Positions 1 through 8,408 of a stretch of DNA of 64,000 nt are shown in pieces. The stretch's first letter is position 1. The number at the start of each line of letters is the position of its first letter. Location of the stretch: IMG/VR virus record IMGVR_UViG_3300025133_000026. The stretch is one strand, 5' to 3'. Below the pieces are notes generated by a model. That model saw only the letters and a list, made by a program, of their open reading frames with translations. It was not told the origin of the DNA and searched no databases. This DNA comes from a virus. Made by a program: the position numbers and the translations under genes.

Positions 1-1
1 T

Positions 2-229
2 CCGTATACAGGTGAGGTAATTCAGGGAAAGAAGATTCATGTAGAAATAGACTTCTTCTTTAAAACAACCGCTAGTGACGTTGACGGACCCACCAAGTTC
101 ACCATGGATGCCCTGGAAAAAATTGTCTACTTCAATGATAAGCAAATTTATTCGGTCAAGCTTACCAAAAACAAAGATAAAGATAATCCCCATGCTAAAA
201 TTCGAGTATATGAAATCATTGAACTCTAA
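2..229 (+). CDS. rusA: RusA-family Holliday junction resolvase, C-terminal part (5' end outside window)
   Basis: Not in the ORF track. Manual translation of frame 2 gives ...IHVEIDFFFKTTASDVDGPTKFTMDALEKIVYFNDKQIYSVKLTKNKDKDNPHAKIRVYEIIEL*, matching the RusA pattern DxDxxxK-x3-DAL-x4-Y-x-(N/D)DxQI. Confidence 0.8.
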   Translation, partial: PYTGEVIQGKKIHVEIDFFFKTTASDVDGPTKFTMDALEKIVYFNDKQIYSVKLTKNKDKDNPHAKIRVYEIIEL

Positions 230-247
230 AACACGGACAACTTCTAA

Positions 248-472
248 TCCCTCCAAAATAAAGAAAAAAAAAGGAAGGAAGAAGAAATCCAAATACTAGA
301 AACCACCTACAAAAGACAAGTGTGGTATAAACTAACTAACTGGGAAAGATACATCTTGTATCTCCACTCATACTGCGGCTTAACGGCTAGAGATATTAGC
401 AGGATTACAGGAGTGGCGAAGACAGATATAGCAAAAGATATAAAAGGAGTATTAGATGGCATTCGCTGTTAA
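248..472 (+). CDS. Small sigma-70 region-4-like helix-turn-helix protein; start unresolved
   Basis: Open frame 248-472 translates ...LTNWERYILYLHSYCGLTARDISRITGVAKTDIAKDIKGVLDGIRC*, a sigma4/LuxR-type HTH pattern. There is no ATG in frame (GTG at 320). It may join the ATG at 210 through the A9 run at 264-272. Confidence 0.55.
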   Translation, partial: SLQNKEKKRKEEEIQILETTYKRQVWYKLTNWERYILYLHSYCGLTARDISRITGVAKTDIAKDIKGVLDGIRC

Positions 473-920
473 GGGCAGACCAGACACTTATGGTGCTACA
501 AACCAAGGTGACATTGTGGATAATACATTTCCACACGAAAACTTTAAGACAGTTGTCTGGGATGATCCTAAGGATTGCCCGGGTTTAACTATTGACTTCG
601 CAGACCGAGAGAAGGAAGAGTCTATCAGTACCTTTATTTACAACTCTCTTAGAACAAGAACCCTTCCCCAGGTTTGGGAGCTTGAATTAAGCAGCAACAT
701 GAAGACAACAAATACACGGTGGACAGGTATCATCGATGACAGAAAAATGTACAAGCGTCCTCTTCGAGACTCATGTACAGAAATAGCTCGTCAAATACTA
801 GGCACAGACAATGTCGTTGGTATTCGTATTACCCAACAACATGGTGCTCAGCTCGCCATCAATCCAGATGGCCCTGCGGATACAAAGAGAAGTCTAACCA
901 TGGTCTACAAGGCACTGTAA
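456..920 (+). CDS. Hypothetical protein (154 aa)
   Basis: ORF with AAAGGAG Shine-Dalgarno just upstream and a terminator downstream; no recognised motif. Confidence 0.75.
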   Translation: MAFAVKGRPDTYGATNQGDIVDNTFPHENFKTVVWDDPKDCPGLTIDFADREKEESISTFIYNSLRTRTLPQVWELELSSNMKTTNTRWTGIIDDRKMYKRPLRDSCTEIARQILGTDNVVGIRITQQHGAQLAINPDGPADTKRSLTMVYKAL

Positions 921-942
921 GTACTTGTTTCATAAGAAGACT

Positions 943-971
943 AAGAGGGAGCCTGAGTGCTCCCTCTTTTT
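943..971 (+). terminator. Rho-independent terminator
   Basis: AAGAGGGAGC-ctgagt-GCTCCCTCTT 10-bp stem running into a T tract, 22 nt after the stop at 920. Confidence 0.85.
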
Positions 972-976
972 ATGTT

Positions 977-1531
977 ATGACTGATGCCTTGGACAGATAC
1001 ATATTCCCTCTTGGGACTATTCAGAGAGCGCCCGCGGCTATCTCTTTGTTGAATAATATTTATAATAAATATGAAGTCAATTGCCCAACGAGAGAAGAAC
1101 AACAAGAATATGTTGATCATATAAAAACTTTCTTATCATTATCAACAGCTGTTGCTCGTGGTTATCTTTTCTTACCAATTCCCCACATTCCCGCCTTGGG
1201 AATGTTAGGGGTAGTCCAGTTACCTGTTAATCCTATTTATTTTAGAGGAGTTTCTTCTCCATTTGGAATACATACCACCAACCCAATTGGCCAAGATGTT
1301 CTTGACATTAGTGTATTGTGGCAACAAAAACTAACGACAAAACCAGAGAGAAGAAAAAGCGAAGTAATAAAAAATAGGCCTATCGGAGAAGAAGGCTTTG
1401 CCTTTAAGTGTCTCCCAGATAGAACCTATTTATTACAAGACTGCGAATGGGTTGCAACGAACCCACCCACTTTAATTGGAAATAAATCCCTCTTGCTGAT
1501 TAAGACTGATGATAAGATTCAAGCTGAGTAG
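977..1531 (+). CDS. Hypothetical protein (~184 aa; start moved from 773 to ATG 977)
   Basis: The 773-976 part overlaps the previous gene and spans the terminator. The downstream part has protein-like composition and is the only long ORF in the gap. No SD seen. Confidence 0.45.
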   Translation: MTDALDRYIFPLGTIQRAPAAISLLNNIYNKYEVNCPTREEQQEYVDHIKTFLSLSTAVARGYLFLPIPHIPALGMLGVVQLPVNPIYFRGVSSPFGIHTTNPIGQDVLDISVLWQQKLTTKPERRKSEVIKNRPIGEEGFAFKCLPDRTYLLQDCEWVATNPPTLIGNKSLLLIKTDDKIQAE

Positions 1532-1718
1532 CTCTTGACTCTACACCATCCATACGGGTCTTCAGTTGCTCAACATCTGTTTGTTTGAGAAGACCCAACT
1601 GTGTTATCTGATCAATTGTGATAGTACGCCCGAGAGCAGTGATAACATCATTCATCTTATTCTCAAGTGCCTTGACTCTAGCCAACAGGGATTGATACTC
1701 CACAGAACTAACAGGCAT
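1500..1718 (-). CDS. Small coiled-coil protein downstream of the holin (possible lysis accessory)
   Basis: MPVSSVEYQSLLARVKALENKMNDV... shows a heptad pattern. ATG 1718 is preceded by GGAGG and coupled to the holin stop. Confidence 0.6.
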   Translation of the reverse strand: MPVSSVEYQSLLARVKALENKMNDVITALGRTITIDQITQLGLLKQTDVEQLKTRMDGVESRATQLESYHQS

Positions 1719-1719
1719 A

Positions 1720-1971
1720 TTACATCGCCTCCTCTTCGAAACCATTTTGTTTTTTCTCTACAGGAGAGAACTTGGCCGCTACATTGGATGCAAAATAAGC
1801 ACCCCAAATCATACTTAGAAAAGCAACCCATTGCTCACCTGCAATTAGCACCCACTGAACAGCACCAAAAGCCGTCCAGGTTAAAGGAACTGCAAACAAT
1901 AAGGTAACCAATATTGTTAGTCCTACGGCTGCAGAGAATTTACGGGAAACCCATTTATTATGTTGTTCCAT
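1720..1971 (-). CDS. Putative holin
   Basis: 83 aa with an N-terminal SRKF motif, two hydrophobic segments and a charged C-terminus, at the end of the late block. Confidence 0.65.
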   Translation of the reverse strand: MEQHNKWVSRKFSAAVGLTILVTLLFAVPLTWTAFGAVQWVLIAGEQWVAFLSMIWGAYFASNVAAKFSPVEKKQNGFEEEAM

Positions 1972-1974
1972 TTT

Positions 1975-2964
1975 CTAAGTATAGCATCCTAACTGTAATG
2001 CCGTTAAATCGCTGAGATACATTTCTCGAAGAAGATCTCTCCAACTATAGCTAGGAGTCCAATCCAGGATAGCTTCTGCTTTAGAACCATCGCCTTTAAG
2101 ATATGGAACATCAGACGGCCGCATGTATCGCTTATCCATCCGATATACATCTTCATATTTGAGTTCTGCAAGTTCACAAACATACGCTAACATCTCCCTG
2201 ATTGATACTGATTCACCAGTTGCAATCACAAAATCTTGAGGTTTATCTTCTTGAAGCATTAGGTGCATAGCTCTAACATAATCTTTACTATGCCCTATGT
2301 CTCTGTATGCATCCATGTTACCCATATCTAGGCGATCTTGCAAGCCTAATTTTACAGAAGCAACACCTTTTGTGATCTTCCTTGGAGCAAAGTCTAATCC
2401 TCGTCTAGGTGACTCATGATTAAAAAGGATACCAGAACAGCAGTGAAGATCGTAGGCTTCACGATAGTTACGAACAGCATAAAAGCTAGCAGCTTTAGCA
2501 ACAGCATAAGGGGACCGGGGGTCGATGGGTGATTCTTCATTGTAGCCAGACTCAGGACATTTCATTCCTCCAAACAATTCACTTGTTGCGGCAAAGTAAA
2601 CCCTGGTCATAGGGCTCTCTTGTCTTACCGCTTCTAGTGCTCCAATAGTGGCCTCTGCGTCCACCCTGAAGGTCTGTATTGGCTCTTTGAAGGACTGGCC
2701 GACATGGGACATGGCTGCAAGCAAATAAAGCTCTGTGGGCTGTATCTGGCGCATTAGAGACTGCATCTGAGCATGGTCACATATATCACCAGGAACTAAA
2801 TGAAGTTTAGGGTGTTCTTTAATAAGTTTAATATTATTAAAGTTATTCCCTGTGCTCACTCTGCGATATAATCCATAAACATCGTAATCTTGTCCAATAA
2901 GATACTCTGCAAGATAACTGCCATCCTGGCCCGTCACCCCGGTAATCAACGCACGCTTCTTCAT
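1975..2964 (-). CDS. gmd: GDP-mannose 4,6-dehydratase
   Basis: ALITGVTGQDGSYLAEYL, SHVGQSF, TSELFG, PRSPYAVAK (YxxxK), ILFNHESPRRG, GNMDAYRDIGH. Confidence 0.95.
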   Translation of the reverse strand: MKKRALITGVTGQDGSYLAEYLIGQDYDVYGLYRRVSTGNNFNNIKLIKEHPKLHLVPGDICDHAQMQSLMRQIQPTELYLLAAMSHVGQSFKEPIQTFRVDAEATIGALEAVRQESPMTRVYFAATSELFGGMKCPESGYNEESPIDPRSPYAVAKAASFYAVRNYREAYDLHCCSGILFNHESPRRGLDFAPRKITKGVASVKLGLQDRLDMGNMDAYRDIGHSKDYVRAMHLMLQEDKPQDFVIATGESVSIREMLAYVCELAELKYEDVYRMDKRYMRPSDVPYLKGDGSKAEAILDWTPSYSWRDLLREMYLSDLTALQLGCYT

Positions 2965-4061
2965 TCTGCCTCCACAGAGTTTACTGCTTCAACAACAAGA
3001 TTTGCTTGTTCTTTTGTCATACAGGGATGAATTGGAAGAGAGATAAGGCGCTCAGATAGAGCTTCACAAACAGGTGTAGTTGCCGAACCAAAGAGCCCAG
3101 TCTCAGATAATGCCTCAGGATAATGATAGCCAAAAGCAATGTCAGCATTTGTCAAAGCAATTGCCACATGGTCACGATGCTTAGGGCTATCACAGCGATA
3201 TTCATAGAGATGATAAACATGAGTTGATCCTACTTGTTTCCCAGGCGACCGGTGTTCAAATGCATTGTCATATATCTTCGCCACTTCTTGTCTCTTCTTG
3301 TTCCATCCATCTAGAGCCCCCAGAGCATGGAATAACTGAGCTGCCTTGATTGTGTCAAGTCGAGAATTGCCTCCTAGGATTTTATGCTCATATTTCTTTT
3401 GGGCGCCCTGGTTGATCCAGGTACGAACATAATTAGCAATCTCTGTATTGTCTGTTAAAACAGCTCCACCCTGTCCTATAGTACCAAGGTTCTTGGCAGG
3501 ATAAAAGGATGTTGTGGCGGCATCTGCATAAGCTCCTAGGTGTTGTTTATTAAAAGTTGCTCCCAGTGACTGCGCGCCATCTTCTATTAAATAAACTCCA
3601 TGAGCCCAACACAGATCTTTTAGTTTAGCCATGTCTGGCCTTTGACCATAAAGAGATACAGCGACAACAGCAAGAAATTCACCTTTCCTAAAAGCAAGAT
3701 GATTTCTTACAGAATCTATATTAATTAGATATGTATTCGGATCAACGTCAACAAAGACAGGCTCTAGTCCAGCCTGTACAGCAGCGTAGGCAGTTGCAAT
3801 AAAAGTATTATTTGGCATTAATACTTTTTTTCGCTTAAGACTACCAGGAAGAGAAGAGAACACAATCCGCAAGGCATCCGTTCCATTTCCTACACCAACT
3901 ACATGTTTGCATCCAGTATAGTCTTCAAGAGCATTCTCAAAACGTTTAAGATATGATCCTCCAACAAACTGACAAGTATGAAGAATATCTAGAACATCTT
4001 TATCAATTGCATCCTGTATCTCTTTATACTGTCCGGGTAGATTTACAAAGTTAACTTTCAT
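2961..4061 (-). CDS. DegT/DnrJ/EryC1/StrS PLP-dependent sugar aminotransferase
   Basis: GVGNGTDAL, IEDGAQSLG, SFYPAKNLG (PLP lysine), GGNSRLDTIKAA, HVYHLY, LISLPIHP. Confidence 0.95.
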   Translation of the reverse strand: MKVNFVNLPGQYKEIQDAIDKDVLDILHTCQFVGGSYLKRFENALEDYTGCKHVVGVGNGTDALRIVFSSLPGSLKRKKVLMPNNTFIATAYAAVQAGLEPVFVDVDPNTYLINIDSVRNHLAFRKGEFLAVVAVSLYGQRPDMAKLKDLCWAHGVYLIEDGAQSLGATFNKQHLGAYADAATTSFYPAKNLGTIGQGGAVLTDNTEIANYVRTWINQGAQKKYEHKILGGNSRLDTIKAAQLFHALGALDGWNKKRQEVAKIYDNAFEHRSPGKQVGSTHVYHLYEYRCDSPKHRDHVAIALTNADIAFGYHYPEALSETGLFGSATTPVCEALSERLISLPIHPCMTKEQANLVVEAVNSVEAE

Positions 4062-4076
4062 TTTGATTATAGAATC

Positions 4077-4484
4077 CTATTCTCGAAGAAATCCAGTTTT
4101 TTGGGTTCTTCCTTTTAGATGTTTATTAAAAAATACCAAGTCTGTTCTGTTCCACTTCTTATAACGTCCATGATTTACCAATCTCATCTTCTTTATTACT
4201 TTGTCTTGACCGCCATGCTTTTTAATTATATTTTTATTAAGATGGACTATATAGTTTCTTACTAATAGTTTTCCTAACCTTTCGTATTCTACAAAAGGAA
4301 TGCTTCTTTGATATCTGCTCGAAACAAGATCTATCAGTCGTAAAAAACTATGATGTTTTGTAAAGATATATGATTCGCCTCGCTGACCAACAATTTTTGG
4401 ATGACTAAAGATTACATTTGCCATGTATGTAGTCCCTGATCGCCCGTGGCCGCCAATAATAATTGGTGCTTTTGGTGGCATCAC
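4077..4484 (-). CDS. Sulfotransferase-like protein, abnormally short (135 aa)
   Basis: 5'-PSB loop IIIGGHGRSGTTYMANVIFSHPKI...GE at the N-terminus and a sulfotransferase-like C-terminal tail; the central part is missing. Confidence 0.65.
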   Translation of the reverse strand: MMPPKAPIIIGGHGRSGTTYMANVIFSHPKIVGQRGESYIFTKHHSFLRLIDLVSSRYQRSIPFVEYERLGKLLVRNYIVHLNKNIIKKHGGQDKVIKKMRLVNHGRYKKWNRTDLVFFNKHLKGRTQKTGFLRE

Positions 4485-5386
4485 TTACTCCTTGCTGCTT
4501 TTAATACTTGTTCTTTGTGAGCATAATCTCTTTCATTTACAATTCTTATATCACATAATTGTCCAGATTCTGGAAGTACCAATACATCTAAAAGATTAAA
4601 GTCTTTGTCATATAGATTGATAGCAGAATCTCCACTCTCTCGATCTTCTCTAGATTTGCACTCTGAAACTCCGACGATGTAGCAATCTCTTGTGACAGCA
4701 AAACCACGTAACCAGGCGCCCTTGCCCAAGAATCTTTCTCTTTGTTTCTTTGTGTTTTGCTCAGTCCATAAAACTCTCCCATCATGAGAGCTAAAGGTTA
4801 AAATCTCACTACCTTCTCTGTAAACATTATGAGCTGCATAGCCAGCTGTAAAGCTATCTACTTCAGTCAAATTCTTGTCAAGAATAACTATACGGCTTTT
4901 ACGCTTAAGCTTCTTTTCTGTTCTTGTATTGAAATGAAGTCCAGCAGGACAATAGCCTACTTGGTTATGTTCAACAACATAAAAAAGTTCTTCTTCTTTG
5001 TCATACCAAATGGAATTAAAATGATTAAGGTCATTGCCTGTTGGTCGCCAACTAACTGGATCAAAAGCGCCATGCCGATATATGTAAAGAGAATTCGTCC
5101 CACTGTCTACTACTATTAGACTTCCTTCAAGATGAATCACTTGGTGATGGTGAGTTCCAGGTAAGTCTAATTCGTGTTTCTTTTTAAAGCTATGGTCCAT
5201 GACCAAAAGCTTTTCGCTTTTTGTGGCTATTTTATCTTGGTTCTCTCTTGCAACAACATAAAGATTATCTTTATCCCAAGACATACCATAATAAAGCCCC
5301 TGTCCTGTTAAGACAGGAACTATCTGTTTGTCCTGAATATGATAAACAGCTTGAGCCGTTGACACTAAAAAACTAGGCCACTTCAT
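4481..5386 (-). CDS. Beta-propeller protein resembling the TIGR03032/DUF4915 family
   Basis: Repeated blades (GLYYGMSWD, NHFNSIW, AHNVYREG, WLRGFAVTRDCYIVGVSECKSR); adjacent to the sulfotransferase. Confidence 0.55.
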   Translation of the reverse strand: MKWPSFLVSTAQAVYHIQDKQIVPVLTGQGLYYGMSWDKDNLYVVARENQDKIATKSEKLLVMDHSFKKKHELDLPGTHHHQVIHLEGSLIVVDSGTNSLYIYRHGAFDPVSWRPTGNDLNHFNSIWYDKEEELFYVVEHNQVGYCPAGLHFNTRTEKKLKRKSRIVILDKNLTEVDSFTAGYAAHNVYREGSEILTFSSHDGRVLWTEQNTKKQRERFLGKGAWLRGFAVTRDCYIVGVSECKSREDRESGDSAINLYDKDFNLLDVLVLPESGQLCDIRIVNERDYAHKEQVLKAARSK

Positions 5387-5984
5387 CCTTATCAAACCTC
5401 TTGTTCACTAGAAGCTTACCTGTTGATTCCATCTCAGAAAGATATTTTTCTACAATATCATCTGTAAAATTGAGATTGCAGTCAATTCCAATTCTATCTT
5501 CCAGCGGTACTTCGCCAACCCTGACTGCTGGACAGCCAAGATAAATGCCACCCTCTTCGCAATCTTTAACCACTACCGCGCCCGCACCAACGATAACGTC
5601 CTTGCCAATAGTAATACCAGACACAAGGGTTACACTGCCACCAATGATAGCACCTGATTTAATGTGAACACCACGAGAAATTTTCTTTACATTGCGTTGA
5701 AAAGAAACATTCTTCTCATGAATAATCATTATGCCAGGACCAATAAAAACTTTGTCTTCTATGACAGTCCCTTGTGTAATGCAAGACATTCTTTTGATAT
5801 GAACATCATTTCCAATCAATACAGTTCCTGAGGTGTTGCAGTAGTCGTCAAATTTTACATTGTTCCCAATGCGAGTTCCAGAATGAAGCTTACAAAAGTC
5901 TCCAATCTTTACATCGTCACCAAGAACAACATCATTGTCGATAACTGTATATTTTCCTGCTCTTGTATTCTTTCCTATTTTCAT
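5373..5984 (-). CDS. Left-handed beta-helix (hexapeptide-repeat) acyltransferase
   Basis: Continuous [LIV]G-x4 repeats; IVGAGAVVVKD...GCPAVRV. Confidence 0.85.
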   Translation of the reverse strand: MKIGKNTRAGKYTVIDNDVVLGDDVKIGDFCKLHSGTRIGNNVKFDDYCNTSGTVLIGNDVHIKRMSCITQGTVIEDKVFIGPGIMIIHEKNVSFQRNVKKISRGVHIKSGAIIGGSVTLVSGITIGKDVIVGAGAVVVKDCEEGGIYLGCPAVRVGEVPLEDRIGIDCNLNFTDDIVEKYLSEMESTGKLLVNKRFDKDEVA

Positions 5985-6628
5985 TCAAACACCCACCTTT
6001 TAAGCACTGCCGGAACACCAGCAACAAGAGTTCTTGAAGCAACCGACTTAGTGACAACAGCACCAGCTGCTACTATTGCATTTTCTCCTATTTCAACACC
6101 AGGGAGAAGCGAACTGTTTTGTCCAATTCTAGCCCCTTTTTTAATAACAGGGCCAGCACTAGTCCATTCTTTTCCTTGAGGCGCTAACCTACCCATAGAG
6201 TTGTCGTTGGCACACATCGTTCCTTGTCCAATGAAGACACCATCTTCAATAGTCATGTTGCCAGAAATATTGCATAAATCCATGATTTTTACTTTGTTGC
6301 CAACAGTAGTTTTGAATCCAATTTTTGCATTCATTCCAACAATACAAAATTTACCAAGAACACAATGATCTCGGAGCTTGGCGCCATCACCGATAAGAGT
6401 ATTAGCTCCTACATAACAACCATGGTAAATAGTTGCTCCAGCCCCGATTACACAGTTCTCTTCAATATAAGTAGAAGTTAATTCTGTGCTGGGCTTTCGG
6501 CTAGTTGCACCAGAGGGAACTTTCGGCGGCTTTCCAATTACAGCAAAAGGACCGACTGACACGTTCTCACCCATAACAACACCTTCATAAATATAACAAG
6601 GAATCCCTTTCCATTCTGTTAGTATCAT
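5981..6628 (-). CDS. Left-handed beta-helix sugar N-acyltransferase (WbpD/FdtC-like)
   Basis: Hexapeptide repeats, MCANDN motif, IGENAIVAAGAVVTKSV...VAGVPA. Confidence 0.88.
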   Translation of the reverse strand: MILTEWKGIPCYIYEGVVMGENVSVGPFAVIGKPPKVPSGATSRKPSTELTSTYIEENCVIGAGATIYHGCYVGANTLIGDGAKLRDHCVLGKFCIVGMNAKIGFKTTVGNKVKIMDLCNISGNMTIEDGVFIGQGTMCANDNSMGRLAPQGKEWTSAGPVIKKGARIGQNSSLLPGVEIGENAIVAAGAVVTKSVASRTLVAGVPAVLKRWVFE

Positions 6629-7485
6629 TAAATTTCTCCATGAGCTTTTAGTACTTCTAATATAAATTCAGCACGTTGTAGATAGGTGTGGTGGCACAAC
6701 ATATGCTTATAAGCCTTTTGTCCTAACTCTATTAAATCTTTTGGATATCTAGAATAATATTCTAAAGCGGGCTTTAGTTTAACAGATTCAATATAGTGTT
6801 CGTTTGGAGTAAAAAGTTCGCGTAAACCTTTGTGTGGGTATGTCAACACAGAAACTTGGCAACTAAAACTATCAAAATATCTTATTGGAACACCTGGCTT
6901 GCCCTCTTTCCAGAGATAATCATTCCAAATACCTATAGAGGCTAAGCTTTTAGATAAATGCCTGAATCTTTCTCTGTGGTAAAGATGGGGAGGAATGTTT
7001 CCCATAAGTTTATACATCCCTCCAATATCTTTCTTTATTTCTCTGTGAAGTACTCCGCGCAATGTGTCTTCTTTGCTTTTATCCTTAGCAAGGAGAACAA
7101 AATCAGATCTTTTTTTAGCGACCATCCATCCTCGCTGTAGACCAGCAAAGGGAAGGTAAAAACTATTTTTGACTTCGCGACGAGTTGTAAAATAATACTT
7201 TATTCCTCGTCGCCCACGAGCTAATTCGTGGCTAGCTTCCTTCTCCCAAAATATACAGATATGTTTTTTCTTTAATTTCTTTAAAATATTTGTAGGAGGT
7301 AATGTCGAAGGACAGGGGAATATAATTAGATCAATATTTCTTGCTTTGAGCCATCTTGATAATTTCTCATAAGGAAGTCCTAGCACTTCGTTGTGGCAGT
7401 GATAAACATTGTGCCCAAGAAGAGTAAAGCCACAACCTAATGCCTTCTCCAAAGGTCTTGTATGGCCAATAAGTATATTTAACAT
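6628..7485 (-). CDS. Glycosyltransferase, CgeB-like (GT-B)
   Basis: C-terminal LFTPNEHY...HHTYLQRAEFIL pattern typical of CgeB/Glyco_trans_1_2 proteins. Confidence 0.75.
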   Translation of the reverse strand: MLNILIGHTRPLEKALGCGFTLLGHNVYHCHNEVLGLPYEKLSRWLKARNIDLIIFPCPSTLPPTNILKKLKKKHICIFWEKEASHELARGRRGIKYYFTTRREVKNSFYLPFAGLQRGWMVAKKRSDFVLLAKDKSKEDTLRGVLHREIKKDIGGMYKLMGNIPPHLYHRERFRHLSKSLASIGIWNDYLWKEGKPGVPIRYFDSFSCQVSVLTYPHKGLRELFTPNEHYIESVKLKPALEYYSRYPKDLIELGQKAYKHMLCHHTYLQRAEFILEVLKAHGEI

Positions 7486-8408
7486 TTCTTTAATATATCT
7501 TCAATATCTCCAACAACCCTCATTCCAAGACTCCCTGGAGAAACAAAAGGTTTATCTAATAAAATCCAATCTGCAAATTCATCAACAAGCAAAGCCAATG
7601 GCTCTTTAACTTCTCCTTCATAAATAGACATCCAACTATAACGATGGGCCATGTCTCTATCAATACCAACAATGGCTTTGTCGTAAATAATAAGAGGAGA
7701 GTCAGACAACATGTCATACTCAATCATCCCATTAGTTCCGACTACAGTTGTTGTTCTGTCTTTCTTCGGGTTTAACCAGCTTAAATCTAATCCATAAGTC
7801 ATCCCAGTTTTGTATTCTATATGGATAGTTGCTGTATCAACAACATCATTCTGTAGATGAGTTCCAGAAACTACAGCCGAGACTTGAAAGTCAGAACCAA
7901 AAAGATAATCCATAACGGCTAAGTCATGTGGTGCTAAATCCCAGATAACTCCAGACAATTGGAACTTACCAAAATTAAGACGTCTAGAAACTACATGAAG
8001 AATATCCCCAATTTTTCCAGCTTGAATTAATTTTCTAAGTTGTCTTATATGTGAACTAAACAAAAATGTATGATCTACGCCTAATTTAAGATTCTTTTCA
8101 GCGGCCAGCCGGACAAGGGCTTGTGCATCTTTTAGGGTTGTTGTTAGTGGCTTTTCTACAAGGACATGTTTTCCTGCCAACAAGGCTTCTTTTGCCACAC
8201 TATAGTGGGTTTCGGGAGGAGTAGCAATAACAACAGCATCGAAGTCTCTCATGGCCAATGCATCTTTTAAAGACTTTTCTTCCCTCTCTTCTTCGCCTGC
8301 TTGCATATCAACCAAAGCAGTCACTTTTATTCTGCTATTTTTTTCTAAATTTCTAAGTAACTTTGGGCCCCAATATCCTTTATGTCCTACAAGACATATA
8401 CTTAACAT
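7479..8408 (-). CDS. Gfo/Idh/MocA NAD-dependent oxidoreductase (WbpB/WlbA-like sugar dehydrogenase)
   Basis: GYWGPKLLRNL, DAVVIATPPETH, KHVLVEKP, DHTFLF, WDLAPHD. Confidence 0.92.
   Translation of the reverse strand: MLSICLVGHKGYWGPKLLRNLEKNSRIKVTALVDMQAGEEEREEKSLKDALAMRDFDAVVIATPPETHYSVAKEALLAGKHVLVEKPLTTTLKDAQALVRLAAEKNLKLGVDHTFLFSSHIRQLRKLIQAGKIGDILHVVSRRLNFGKFQLSGVIWDLAPHDLAVMDYLFGSDFQVSAVVSGTHLQNDVVDTATIHIEYKTGMTYGLDLSWLNPKKDRTTTVVGTNGMIEYDMLSDSPLIIYDKAIVGIDRDMAHRYSWMSIYEGEVKEPLALLVDEFADWILLDKPFVSPGSLGMRVVGDIEDILKKC

Noticed and set aside
75-299. 74-aa ORF from the track as an independent gene
   Set aside because: Mostly out-of-frame overlap with the clear RusA frame (2-229); only its part from ATG 210 may be used.
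773-976. N-terminal extension of the 252-aa ORF
   Set aside because: It overlaps the 456-920 gene and crosses a terminator; the sequence looks like a shadow frame.
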